From IMG/VR virus record IMGVR_UViG_3300025389_000118, positions 1 to 24,381 of that record: a stretch of DNA of 24,381 nt. One strand, 5' to 3'. Source of the stretch: a virus. Its lineage: Duplodnaviria; Caudoviricetes. This document shows positions 8,808 to 17,305 of this stretch, piece after piece. Position 1 is the stretch's first letter, and each line of letters starts with the position of its first letter. Below the pieces are notes generated by a model, which was not told the DNA's origin, searched no databases, and worked only from the letters and a program-made list of their open reading frames with translations. Made by a program: the position numbers and the translations under genes.

Positions 8808-9524
8808 ATTGATCCGTTTACCCTTGTTGCCCTTGCTTCAGGCGCTTTCAAGCTCTGCAAAGACGCTTGTGAGATGTACAAAGAGGGTAGGCAAATTGTT
8901 GCTGACATCTCCCATGAAGTTGATGGAGTTGTCAAAGACGTTAAGACAGTACAAAAGAAAGCCAAAGGTCTTCTTGGGTTCTTGAGTGCTGTTTTTGGTA
9001 AAAAAGAGGAAGAGCAACCACAAGTTGCTCAACCTGTAAAGAAGGTCAAGAAGAAGAAAGAGCCACCGCCAGAATTTGACGAAAACCTCATTTACCAACA
9101 GGTCAGTGATGCTCTCATCAAGTTCTTTCAAGCGTATAACTCGCTAAAGAATTATGTCAAAGAACAGGAAGAATTTGCTCTCCATGCAAATAACGATGAA
9201 GGCCAAGAAGCTGCGATCAAGATCACGATTGCCAATTTGCAGATGGAGAAATTGAATCAGGAGCTGAGTGATTACATGGTGTACCACGTTCCACATGAAT
9301 TGAAGGACTTGTATACTCGGGTCAATCAGCAAATTGGTCACATTGCCAATGTGCAAGCGCTTGCAAGACGAGAGGAAATGCTAAAGGAGCGTAGAGCAAA
9401 ATGGCAACGGGAGCAAAAGGCGGATCTAATCAAGGGAAGAATGGTGGCTTCAGTAATTACAGTGCTGATGCTAATGTGGGCATGGCTGATGATCGTCAGT
9501 CTGACTCACTCGCCATCTTACTGA
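8808..9524 (+). CDS. Coiled-coil membrane-anchored protein; probable ATT start
   Basis: The ORF track starts at ATG 8874, but the frame is open back to TAA 8796-8798. ATT-GAT-CCG-TTT at 8808 gives (M)DPFTLVALASGAFK with AAGGTG upstream. C-terminal TM segment MVASVITVLMLMWAWLMIV. Confidence 0.7.
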   Translation: MDPFTLVALASGAFKLCKDACEMYKEGRQIVADISHEVDGVVKDVKTVQKKAKGLLGFLSAVFGKKEEEQPQVAQPVKKVKKKKEPPPEFDENLIYQQVSDALIKFFQAYNSLKNYVKEQEEFALHANNDEGQEAAIKITIANLQMEKLNQELSDYMVYHVPHELKDLYTRVNQQIGHIANVQALARREEMLKERRAKWQREQKADLIKGRMVASVITVLMLMWAWLMIVSLTHSPSY

Positions 9525-9643
9525 TCATTGTTTTGTTGATTGTTCTTTTGTTGTTTGTTCCGTTGATCGCTTGGATGTATGTAGACGTCAGACAAATGGA
9601 GATCAGGGTTAACAAGGCCCTACAAAGGATTGAAGGCAAATGA
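9482..9643 (+). CDS. Small single-TM protein (start uncertain; ORF track start is 9401)
   Basis: MADDRQSDSLAILLIIVLLIVLLLFVPLIAWMY followed by a short coiled coil; ATGA overlap with the next gene. Confidence 0.65.
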   Translation: MADDRQSDSLAILLIIVLLIVLLLFVPLIAWMYVDVRQMEIRVNKALQRIEGK

Positions 9644-9900
9644 TTAAAAAATTCAGTTTTGTATACACTTCAATATTGATATGTATACTTTTCCCATTTT
9701 TGTGTACAGGTTGCCATGACCAGTACAGGTATTTTTGCCAAGACCCTGATAATTTCAACAAAGAAATGTGCCAGAAACCCAGATGTGAGTTTGATCAAGA
9801 TTGTCCTGAATATTTAGTAGCACCCATTTTGGAGAAGAAAATTGAAGGAAATCCTCCTAGCGCTCCTCAACAGCCCCAAGGATCGACTGTCTGCCGATGA
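9640..9900 (+). CDS. Small Cys-containing lipoprotein
   Basis: Basic N-terminus, hydrophobic core and lipobox-like CTGC, then YRYFCQDP...CQKPRC....CPEYL. Confidence 0.75.
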   Translation: MIKKFSFVYTSILICILFPFLCTGCHDQYRYFCQDPDNFNKEMCQKPRCEFDQDCPEYLVAPILEKKIEGNPPSAPQQPQGSTVCR

Positions 9901-10297
9901 CATAGAAGTCCGAGTTCGGGCTTTTGTTGTTATTACAGTGACCTTGATTCTGTTCTTTATTGTGGTCACGCTGATCTATAGCGTGATGTTTGTGAGCCAG
10001 CCTATCAAGGCTATGGCGCCCATTGACCAGGCCTTTACCAAGATGCTCAACGACATTGTTTTGTTGATTGTAGGCGGTATTGGAGGCATAATGACCAAAG
10101 GTTTGACCAATGAAGCAACGGCTATGATGAACAATGTCAAGGCTGGCAAGGATGCTTATGTAGCACCCCCACCTGCCCCAGTTGTAATGATGAGCTCGGC
10201 AGGATGGACTCCACCCCCTCCTCCCATGAGCCCCCCTACATTAGAAGCTGACCATGAGCGTGAAAGAATGGCGCAAGCAAGGGCTTCAAATGTTTAA
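9842..10297 (+). CDS. Two-TM membrane protein, holin candidate
   Basis: TTG start with GGAG upstream. Two hydrophobic segments (FVVITVTLILFFIVVTLIYSVMFV and IVLLIVGGIGGIM), Pro-rich tail, directly upstream of the spanins. Confidence 0.6.
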   Translation: MKEILLALLNSPKDRLSADDIEVRVRAFVVITVTLILFFIVVTLIYSVMFVSQPIKAMAPIDQAFTKMLNDIVLLIVGGIGGIMTKGLTNEATAMMNNVKAGKDAYVAPPPAPVVMMSSAGWTPPPPPMSPPTLEADHERERMAQARASNV

Positions 10298-10766
10298 TCC
10301 TTGGTTAATCATCGGCGCAATTTGCGCTATTTTAGGAGCATATTTCTATGGACATCATCAAGGCTATCAAGAGTGCTATCAGGAAGCTGTTGCAAAAGTT
10401 GCAAAAGCCAACGACGAAGCCAGAGCAAAAGAACGAGAGCTGAACGAAAAAGTTAACCAGACTGCATCTGCTTTGAGGAAAGCCAACAATGAAGCTCAAG
10501 TTAAGATTAGCAAGCTCACTGCTGATGTGCAGTCTGGGGCTATGCGCTTGTCAATCCCCGTCACCTCCAATAGTGTATGTTCCGCCAACGCCGCCGGAAC
10601 TGCCGGAGGAGATCAACCTCAAGCTAGAGCCGAACTTGACGGACAGGCTTCTTCAAATCTTATCGCCATCACAGCAGACGGGGACAAAGCCATCCGAGCC
10701 CTCCAAGCCTGCATCACCAGTTACAACCAAGTGAGGGATTCCCTCAAGGAGAAAATAGATGATTAA
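10290..10766 (+). CDS. Rz: Rz-like inner-membrane spanin (i-spanin)
   Basis: N-terminal TM segment (MFNPWLIIGAICAILGAYFYG), coiled coil, MRLSIPV, and C-terminal GDKAIRALQACITSY typical of Rz. ATG 10290 is preferred over 10254. Confidence 0.8.
   Translation: MFNPWLIIGAICAILGAYFYGHHQGYQECYQEAVAKVAKANDEARAKERELNEKVNQTASALRKANNEAQVKISKLTADVQSGAMRLSIPVTSNSVCSANAAGTAGGDQPQARAELDGQASSNLIAITADGDKAIRALQACITSYNQVRDSLKEKIDD
10489..10734 (+). CDS. Rz1: Rz1-like outer-membrane lipoprotein spanin (o-spanin), embedded in Rz in the +1 frame
   Basis: GAGGA SD; signal peptide MKLKLRLASSLLMCSLGLCA|C; Pro-rich mature part QSPSPPIVYVPPTPPELP; fully nested in Rz. Confidence 0.75.
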   Translation: MKLKLRLASSLLMCSLGLCACQSPSPPIVYVPPTPPELPEEINLKLEPNLTDRLLQILSPSQQTGTKPSEPSKPASPVTTK

Positions 10767-11481
10767 GTACGCCATCCCCCTCGCAGTCGTGGCGCTTGTT
10801 GGGTGCTCTTCAACCAGTGATTACCAGAAGTATTCTGAGACTCAAGTAGCGATTGCCCGCTACAAAGCCGAGGCTGATAAAGCCAAGTACCAAGTGCTGG
10901 CTGAAGTGGTCAAGAAAGGCGATCCAACTGCATCTGTAGCCGCTATCATGTCTATGCAAATGGGTATGAATGGTGGCGGTCAAGAGCAAAAGATTGACGC
11001 ACCAAGGAATTCTGGGGATGATGCGCTCAAGTGGGCATCGTTGTTGTTACCCACAGTCGTTCAAGGATTTGGCATCTATGAAAACGCTAAAGTGGCTACC
11101 ACACAGTCTAACAATGCTACAGCGACTGCTATCAATACTAATGGTACGTTTGCTTCAATTGCTAATACTGGGTCTAACAATCAGGCTTCTATGGCAGCTA
11201 ATTCCAATACGGCTTTTGTGAGCATTGCAAATGGCGCATCAACTGCAATCTCAGGTATGGCCAGTAACTCAAATACTGCCTTAACAGGTATGGCTACTAG
11301 CGCCAATACAGCTTTAACAAGCATGGCGTCTACCAATGCTACTAACCTGTCAACTGCTTTGACCAACCAAGCTAGTGCGTATAACACGCTTTTGAGCACT
11401 GATTTAACCACTTTAAACAACGCTGTATCCAAGTTAACCACATCTCCTGTTGTGATTACGAACGGCATTATTCAACATTGA
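10759..11481 (+). CDS. Lipoprotein of unknown function
   Basis: AAGGAG SD; lipobox LVG|C; C-terminal half has imperfect 11-residue A/S/T/N repeats. Confidence 0.8.
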   Translation: MIKYAIPLAVVALVGCSSTSDYQKYSETQVAIARYKAEADKAKYQVLAEVVKKGDPTASVAAIMSMQMGMNGGGQEQKIDAPRNSGDDALKWASLLLPTVVQGFGIYENAKVATTQSNNATATAINTNGTFASIANTGSNNQASMAANSNTAFVSIANGASTAISGMASNSNTALTGMATSANTALTSMASTNATNLSTALTNQASAYNTLLSTDLTTLNNAVSKLTTSPVVITNGIIQH

Positions 11482-11491
11482 GGAGAGCGTC

Positions 11492-12445
11492 ATGGCTATT
11501 TTTGGTTCTGGTCAAAATCAAGTTTACATGGATGAAAACGGTAATGTTGTTCCCAATCCAAATTATTCGATGTCAACAGCACCTCCAAATGCAAGTAATG
11601 TAAACACTGATACAACTGCATCACCTCTTTCTACTTTACTTAATCAGAATCAATTTACAGATAATGCTATTTCCTTGCCACCATCTAATTACTCATCATC
11701 TGATAGTTCTCAATCTATGAGTCCTGCTGGAGGTCAAGTAACAGGATCTAATGTTCCACAAGCAGGTAGTTCATTATCTCCACTATCAAATCCTTCAATA
11801 GTGCCACAAACAGGTAGTTCATTATCTCCACTATCAAATTTATCTGCACAACCACAAGCAGATAGCTCATTATCTGCACAAAATGCTCCTGCACAAAATG
11901 CAATAGACAAACAAAATCAAACTGATGCGGCTAGAAATCTTAAAAGCATGTATAAAATCGACAATCCTGCTCTTGTGAATTACGTTGCATCAACGCCTGG
12001 TTTAACGGGCAGTGACCTTCAAAACCTGCAAAAAACATTTGGTAGCTCAACTGCTCAACAACTTAACGATCTGCAAACAAGTGATAGACCTTCTTTGCAA
12101 GCACAAGCTAATCTAGCCATATTACAACAGCAACAACAAGATTATCAGAAAGCGCATCCAACGCCTCCTTCTCAAATTACGCCCCAACAAACTGGAGACA
12201 ACCCATATTCTTCCTATAAAATTGGTAGTGTTTTTAGCCCCACAGGGCCTGCTAATTATGGAAGATCTGTTGATTCTAGTGGTTATATTCATGAAACAGA
12301 TGCATCGGGCAATACCTACATACTAGACAAATCAGGACACATTATTAACTACACATTAAGTTCTAATGATCCTAGATCTATGGCTTCTAGCAATGCGAGC
12401 GATGCTTATGCTTATCAATTGGCTCAACAGACGGGTGTTTTATGA
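11492..12445 (+). CDS. S/Q/P/N-rich low-complexity hypothetical protein
   Basis: GAGGAG SD; ATGA overlap with the endolysin; contains internal repeats. Confidence 0.75.
   Translation: MAIFGSGQNQVYMDENGNVVPNPNYSMSTAPPNASNVNTDTTASPLSTLLNQNQFTDNAISLPPSNYSSSDSSQSMSPAGGQVTGSNVPQAGSSLSPLSNPSIVPQTGSSLSPLSNLSAQPQADSSLSAQNAPAQNAIDKQNQTDAARNLKSMYKIDNPALVNYVASTPGLTGSDLQNLQKTFGSSTAQQLNDLQTSDRPSLQAQANLAILQQQQQDYQKAHPTPPSQITPQQTGDNPYSSYKIGSVFSPTGPANYGRSVDSSGYIHETDASGNTYILDKSGHIINYTLSSNDPRSMASSNASDAYAYQLAQQTGVL
11756..11875 (+). repeat. Direct repeat with a 48-bp period (about 2.5 copies)
   Basis: ccacaagcaggtagttcattatctccactatcaaat (11756-11791) versus ccacaaacaggtagttcattatctccactatcaaat (11804-11839), one mismatch; a partial third copy starts at 11852. 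Confidence 0.9.
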
Positions 12446-13029
12446 GCCCAGAAAAGTTGCACGCTTTAGGGATTGGATCTGAATGGTCAGAGCCTTTGGT
12501 TACAACTTTTTCTACGTTTGGGATTAACGATGTTAACCGCCAAGCTGCGTTTATTGGACAGTGTTCACACGAGTGCAACCACTTCAAAACATTGGAAGAA
12601 AACCTATCCTACAGTGCCGAGACATTACAAAGACTTTTCCCCCATAAGTTTCAACCCAACGAGTTTGCCCTTTACGCCAAACAGCCGCAAAAGATCGGTA
12701 ACAGGATTTACGCCAACCGTATGGGAAACCGTGACGAGGCTAGTGGAGATGGATTCAAATACCACGGACGCGGTTGTATTCAGCTTACGGGGCACGATAA
12801 TTACTACCATTTTGGTCAGGCGGTAGGCCAGAATTTTGTCCTAGATCCCAACCCAGTGGCGCAACCCTTGTATGCCGCCATGAGCGCAGGATGGTTTTGG
12901 GCTACGCATGGATGCAACAATTTGGTAGATAACGATGAAGCTTTGTGTAAAAGGATCAATGGTGGATTGTTTGGACTTAACGAAAGAATCAGCTTGACCC
13001 AAAAGGCTTTTTCAATATTGAGCGCCTAA
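12442..13029 (+). CDS. Glycoside hydrolase family 19 (chitinase-like) endolysin
   Basis: AAFIGQCSHEC...LEENLSYS...YANRMGN...GDGFKYHGRGCIQLTGHDNY...SAGWFW...INGGLFGLNER. Confidence 0.93.
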   Translation: MSPEKLHALGIGSEWSEPLVTTFSTFGINDVNRQAAFIGQCSHECNHFKTLEENLSYSAETLQRLFPHKFQPNEFALYAKQPQKIGNRIYANRMGNRDEASGDGFKYHGRGCIQLTGHDNYYHFGQAVGQNFVLDPNPVAQPLYAAMSAGWFWATHGCNNLVDNDEALCKRINGGLFGLNERISLTQKAFSILSA

Positions 13030-13037
13030 AAGTGCCC

Positions 13038-13075
13038 TTGTAAAGGATTGACGACGGTGGGAAAATAGCTAAAAC
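13038..13075 (+). promoter_or_regulatory. Possible sigma70-like promoter for the second tail/ejection block
   Basis: In the 58-nt intergenic gap: TTGTAA-17nt-GAAAAT with a TG extension, or TTGACG-16nt-TAAAAC. Both are imperfect. Confidence 0.25.
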
Positions 13076-13087
13076 AATGGGAGAAAT

Positions 13088-13732
13088 ATGGCTACTTACA
13101 CGCCTTCTTGGGTAATGACCTATGACTCGCTGAATGCAATCGTTCTTCAATACTTGGAGCGGTCTGATCAAGCGACGATTAACGCCATCCCTACTTTTAT
13201 CACCCTTGCTGAATTTGAGATTGCCCAAGAGATCAAAACCTTGGGTCAATTACAAATTGTTGAGTCAACGACCATTGCAGGCAACCCAGTGCTTCAAAAG
13301 CCTTCTAGATGGCGTAAAACCGTTTCTATGAACTACACCAATAGCAGTGGTGTACGAACCCCAATTTTGCTTCGTAAGTACGAATATTTGACTAATTATT
13401 GGCCAAATAACACGCTTACTTCGGCGCCCGTTTATTATGCTGATACCAATTGGGATCACTGGTATCTAGCTCCAACACCAGATCAAGCATACACCTTAGA
13501 GGTGCTGTACTACGAGCGCATTCAACCTTTAAGTTCTGACAATCAAACAAATTGGTTGACTCAGAATGCTCCAACAGCAATGTTGTTTGGCACTCTTTTG
13601 CAAGCAATGCCTTTCTTAAAGAACGATCAACGGCAAATTTTCCAACAAAAGTACACCGAGGCTATTCAGTCACTCAAGACTGAAGACACTTCACGTCTTG
13701 GTGATCGTCAATCTGTTGCAATAGATAGCTAA
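13088..13732 (+). CDS. Phage tail adaptor protein (tail tubular protein A-like)
   Basis: GGAG SD; MTYDSL...YLER.D...IPTFITLAE...LAPTPDQAYTLEVLYY...TNWL...LFGTL.QA.PFLK. Confidence 0.8.
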   Translation: MATYTPSWVMTYDSLNAIVLQYLERSDQATINAIPTFITLAEFEIAQEIKTLGQLQIVESTTIAGNPVLQKPSRWRKTVSMNYTNSSGVRTPILLRKYEYLTNYWPNNTLTSAPVYYADTNWDHWYLAPTPDQAYTLEVLYYERIQPLSSDNQTNWLTQNAPTAMLFGTLLQAMPFLKNDQRQIFQQKYTEAIQSLKTEDTSRLGDRQSVAIDS

Positions 13733-13734
13733 TC

Positions 13735-14997
13735 ATGACCTCATACGTTTCACCATACACAGGACAAACGATTAACCCATCACAAGTGGGTTATGAAAAT
13801 CTAACGCTCACAACCACATACACAGCGCTTCAATGGCCTGTCAATGGAAATACGACTTCTGTTGTTGCTAACATCATTGAAGCTACAGCTAACGTAAGCC
13901 CTGCGTATGTTGTTTTACCTCCTGCGACGCAAGTATCAGTCGGTCAAGCATTTATCATCAGAAACATTGGTGCAACAAATGCATTTACGGTTGTTTCTCA
14001 AAACGCCAATCTAACGTACAACACCATTCAAACGGTTCCTACCGCGCCTACAACTGCAACAGTCAACACTTATTACATTTACCTAACTGACAATTCAACT
14101 GTTCAAGGTACATGGTCTACTGTTGCTTTGGGTGTTGGTACTTCAGCCGCCAGTGCCGCCGCGTTGGCAGGACTTGGTTTGTTGCCGCTGAATACTACTT
14201 TGAACACCAATACGCAAGTTGCGTTGGTTTCTTCTGCCTACACCTTCAACTCAACAGATGGATCACAATTGTTTGTATGGACAGGTGGCGCAAGCACAAT
14301 GACATTGCCTGCTGTTGCTAGTGTTCCATCTGGTTGGTATGTAATCATTAAAAATGATGGAACTGGCATATTGAATGTTACAGCCCAAGGTTCAAGCACA
14401 ATTGATACAACAAGCTCAACTGTTCAAATTCAGATAGCTAACTCAAGTGTTTTTGTATCTAATGGAACTAATTGGTATACATATGCTTTGGCTCAAACAA
14501 ACGTATTCAACTATACGCAATTGTATTTGAGTCTAACTGGCGCCGCCGCAACAGTTACTTTGACTGCCGCTCAAGGTAAGAACGTCATCCAACAATATGC
14601 GGGTATTCTTTCTCAGAACACCACGGTCATTTTGCCCCAAACAGTACAACTGTATTCAATCAGAAATACAACTACTGGCTCATATACATTGACTTTCTCT
14701 ACTGGAGTTTCAGGCGGAACAACCTTTACTTTGGGACAAGGACAAGCTGTTCTTTTGGTGTGCGATGGTACTAATGTATTTACTACAACATCAGCAACTA
14801 CAAGCTTTACCAGTAACTTGACTTTAGGTAATGGGTCTTCGGCGGCACCTTCATTAAATTTTAGTGGTGATACAACAACTGGTTTATATCTTGCCGCATC
14901 AGGTCAATTGGGATTTGCAATTGGTGGATCTAGCGCAGGAACATTGACTTCTAGCGGATTGTTGTTGCCTGTTGGTATTCAAGGCGGGACATTCTAA
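13735..14997 (+). CDS. Tail structural / fibre-like protein
   Basis: T/S/A-rich beta modules (LPPATQVSVG..IIRN; TLPAVASVPSGWYVIIKNDG); GSSAAPSLNFSGDTTTGLY fibre motif; ends IQGGTF. Confidence 0.8.
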   Translation: MTSYVSPYTGQTINPSQVGYENLTLTTTYTALQWPVNGNTTSVVANIIEATANVSPAYVVLPPATQVSVGQAFIIRNIGATNAFTVVSQNANLTYNTIQTVPTAPTTATVNTYYIYLTDNSTVQGTWSTVALGVGTSAASAAALAGLGLLPLNTTLNTNTQVALVSSAYTFNSTDGSQLFVWTGGASTMTLPAVASVPSGWYVIIKNDGTGILNVTAQGSSTIDTTSSTVQIQIANSSVFVSNGTNWYTYALAQTNVFNYTQLYLSLTGAAATVTLTAAQGKNVIQQYAGILSQNTTVILPQTVQLYSIRNTTTGSYTLTFSTGVSGGTTFTLGQGQAVLLVCDGTNVFTTTSATTSFTSNLTLGNGSSAAPSLNFSGDTTTGLYLAASGQLGFAIGGSSAGTLTSSGLLLPVGIQGGTF

Positions 14998-17057
14998 TGA
15001 CTGTAAAAGTTGCCGTTCTCCAAGCAGGTGCAGGCATCCAAAGGGATGGAACTGTATTTTCTGCTCCTTCTTATGTAGACGGTCAATGGTGCCGATTCCA
15101 ATATGGTCGTCCTAGAAAAATGGGTGGTTATGAAGGCGCGTTTTTAAATGCTCCTAGCATCAGCCGTGGCATGATCATGCAATCCCAAAGTGGACAAACA
15201 TGGGTTGTATCTGGATTCAATAATAGCATTCAACAATGGACTATTGGTAACAGTGACGCAATTGGATCTGGCCCACAACAAGTATTTGTAATTGGAAGCA
15301 TAACAACTGTAGGAAATACAACTGCAGGATCGGGTTATACGAACGGAACTTATACAAATTTAACGCCAGTAACAGATAGCGGTAATGGTTCTGGAGCCAC
15401 AATAACTGTTGTTGTATCTGGTGGCGCAGTCACAACTTTAACTGTAACCGCAAGTGGATCTGGTTATGGCTATGGAGATACGTTTAGCTTTGCAACATCA
15501 AGTCTAGGTGGTGGATCACCTTCGGTATTGTTTAAAGGAACGATTACATCGGTCACATATGATGGTCTAAATTTAGCTCCTTCAAGCAATTACTATGTGG
15601 CCGATACAAATGCGCTGTGGCAATTTGATACGGGTTTCGATCCGTTTGGGACGGGCAATAATAATTTGATTGCTCACCCTGGCGACAACCTGCAGTACAT
15701 CGACAGCCAAACCAATGTTAGGCCATTGATTGGTACGTTTACAGGTACAAGTTTGACACCTGTAGGCGTTTTTACAGCATCGGGAACGACAACAAACGGA
15801 AGCCCTAACGTTACTTTTGCAACTACAAACATTGCAATGGGTGCGGGTGTATCGGTTTATGGGACGGGTATTCCTGCTAACACCAAGATTGTTTCAGCCA
15901 CCACAACGGGTGGAGTTTGGACGGTTACATTAAATAACAACGCCACTGCTTCAGGCACAGTGACTTTGACCTTTGATAACAACATTGCTGTAAGTGGCGG
16001 TGTTGTAATGCTTTATCCATACCTTTTTGTGTATGGAAATTATGGGTTGATCCAGAACTGTTCAGCAGGCGACTTTAACAATTGGACGTCAGCAGATGCC
16101 AACGCCAATAACGTATCCTCTACAAAGGTCATTAAAGGCATGGCTCTTCGAGGTGGAACAACATCTCCCAGTGGACTGTTTTGGACAACTGATTCTGTTG
16201 TTAGAGTGACTTATTCGCCCCAAACTGTGGGTACATCAACCCTTTATTGGCGTTATGACTTGATTACTCAACAGTCTTCAATCATGTCAAGCCAATGTGT
16301 GATTGAGTATGACGGCATTATCTATTGGGTGGGCGTTGATAGATTCTTGATGTACAACGGTGTTGTATCTGAAGTGCCCAATACACAAAATACCAACTAT
16401 TTCTTTGACAACATTAATATTAATCAAAGACAAAAAGTATGGGCTACAAAGATTCCTCGTTGGGGAGAAATTTGGTTTTTCTATCCACGCGGTAACTCAA
16501 CTGAATGTAACGACGCCATCATTTACAACGTCCGTGAAAAATGTTGGTATGACGCAGGATTAGCAGATGGTGCCGCACGTTCTGCAGGCGTGTTTTCTGA
16601 GGTGTACAGAAAGCCAATTTGGGCGGGTAATGTGGCCAATTCAGTGGGCACTTATACGCTTTGGAACCACGAAGTTGGAACTGATCAAGTCTATTTGAAC
16701 AACGTCAACGCCATCAATTCTTACTTTGAAACCAATGTATTGGGAACTGGTGCAGGATTGGTTGGAGCACCTTCTGGTGGAGATAATCTTTGGACTCGTT
16801 TAGAGCGCGTTGAGCCTGATTTTGTACAGTCTGGACAAATGAGCTTGACCGTCACTGGTAAGGGCTATGCGGACGATACAGACCAAGCTTCGAGCCCTTA
16901 TACATTTGACCCAACAACCCTTAAAATCGACATGAAGGAACAGCGCCGTGAGATGCGTTTGAGGTTCACAAGTAACACTCAAAACGGCAACTATTTCATG
17001 GGCCGAGTTGTATTGAGTGTTGAGACAGGCGACGTTCGCGGAACAGGAAATCCATGA
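14997..17057 (+). CDS. Tail nozzle / tail tubular protein B-like (P22 gp10/T7 gp12-type position), with inserted domains
   Basis: 686 aa; RFQYGRPRKMGGY N-terminus, propeller-like IYWVGVDRFLMYNG and GEIWFFYP...IIYN...WY, C-terminal R..RLRF; located after the adaptor. Confidence 0.75.
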   Translation: MTVKVAVLQAGAGIQRDGTVFSAPSYVDGQWCRFQYGRPRKMGGYEGAFLNAPSISRGMIMQSQSGQTWVVSGFNNSIQQWTIGNSDAIGSGPQQVFVIGSITTVGNTTAGSGYTNGTYTNLTPVTDSGNGSGATITVVVSGGAVTTLTVTASGSGYGYGDTFSFATSSLGGGSPSVLFKGTITSVTYDGLNLAPSSNYYVADTNALWQFDTGFDPFGTGNNNLIAHPGDNLQYIDSQTNVRPLIGTFTGTSLTPVGVFTASGTTTNGSPNVTFATTNIAMGAGVSVYGTGIPANTKIVSATTTGGVWTVTLNNNATASGTVTLTFDNNIAVSGGVVMLYPYLFVYGNYGLIQNCSAGDFNNWTSADANANNVSSTKVIKGMALRGGTTSPSGLFWTTDSVVRVTYSPQTVGTSTLYWRYDLITQQSSIMSSQCVIEYDGIIYWVGVDRFLMYNGVVSEVPNTQNTNYFFDNININQRQKVWATKIPRWGEIWFFYPRGNSTECNDAIIYNVREKCWYDAGLADGAARSAGVFSEVYRKPIWAGNVANSVGTYTLWNHEVGTDQVYLNNVNAINSYFETNVLGTGAGLVGAPSGGDNLWTRLERVEPDFVQSGQMSLTVTGKGYADDTDQASSPYTFDPTTLKIDMKEQRREMRLRFTSNTQNGNYFMGRVVLSVETGDVRGTGNP

Positions 17058-17305
17058 TTTCGTACGATCCTCGCGGAATGACATGGGATCAGTACAATAA
17101 GCTGATGGAAGAGCAGTTTGCGTCCAATCAGCTAGGGCATGTGCCTGAAGAAAATTGGAGAACATGGGTGGACGGCATGAATGGTATTGGTTATTTTGTC
17201 CAATCAGGAATACCAGATCACCGTCCATTTAATCATTGGCAAGATTGGGCAATGGCTATGGCGGGCATCATGTCGATTTCGCCTAACTTGGGGAGCACAT
17301 ATTGA
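17054..17305 (+). CDS. Small W-rich virion-region protein
   Basis: ATGA overlap; W..W...G...PD...F..WQDWA pattern. Confidence 0.75.
   Translation: MISYDPRGMTWDQYNKLMEEQFASNQLGHVPEENWRTWVDGMNGIGYFVQSGIPDHRPFNHWQDWAMAMAGIMSISPNLGSTY

Noticed and set aside
8800-8985. 61-aa GTG-start ORF
   Set aside because: It overlaps the better-supported 8808-9524 frame and has no recognisable features.
11756-11875. CRISPR-like repeat
   Set aside because: Only about 2.5 copies with 12-bp gaps, in frame within a coding gene, and no cas operon.
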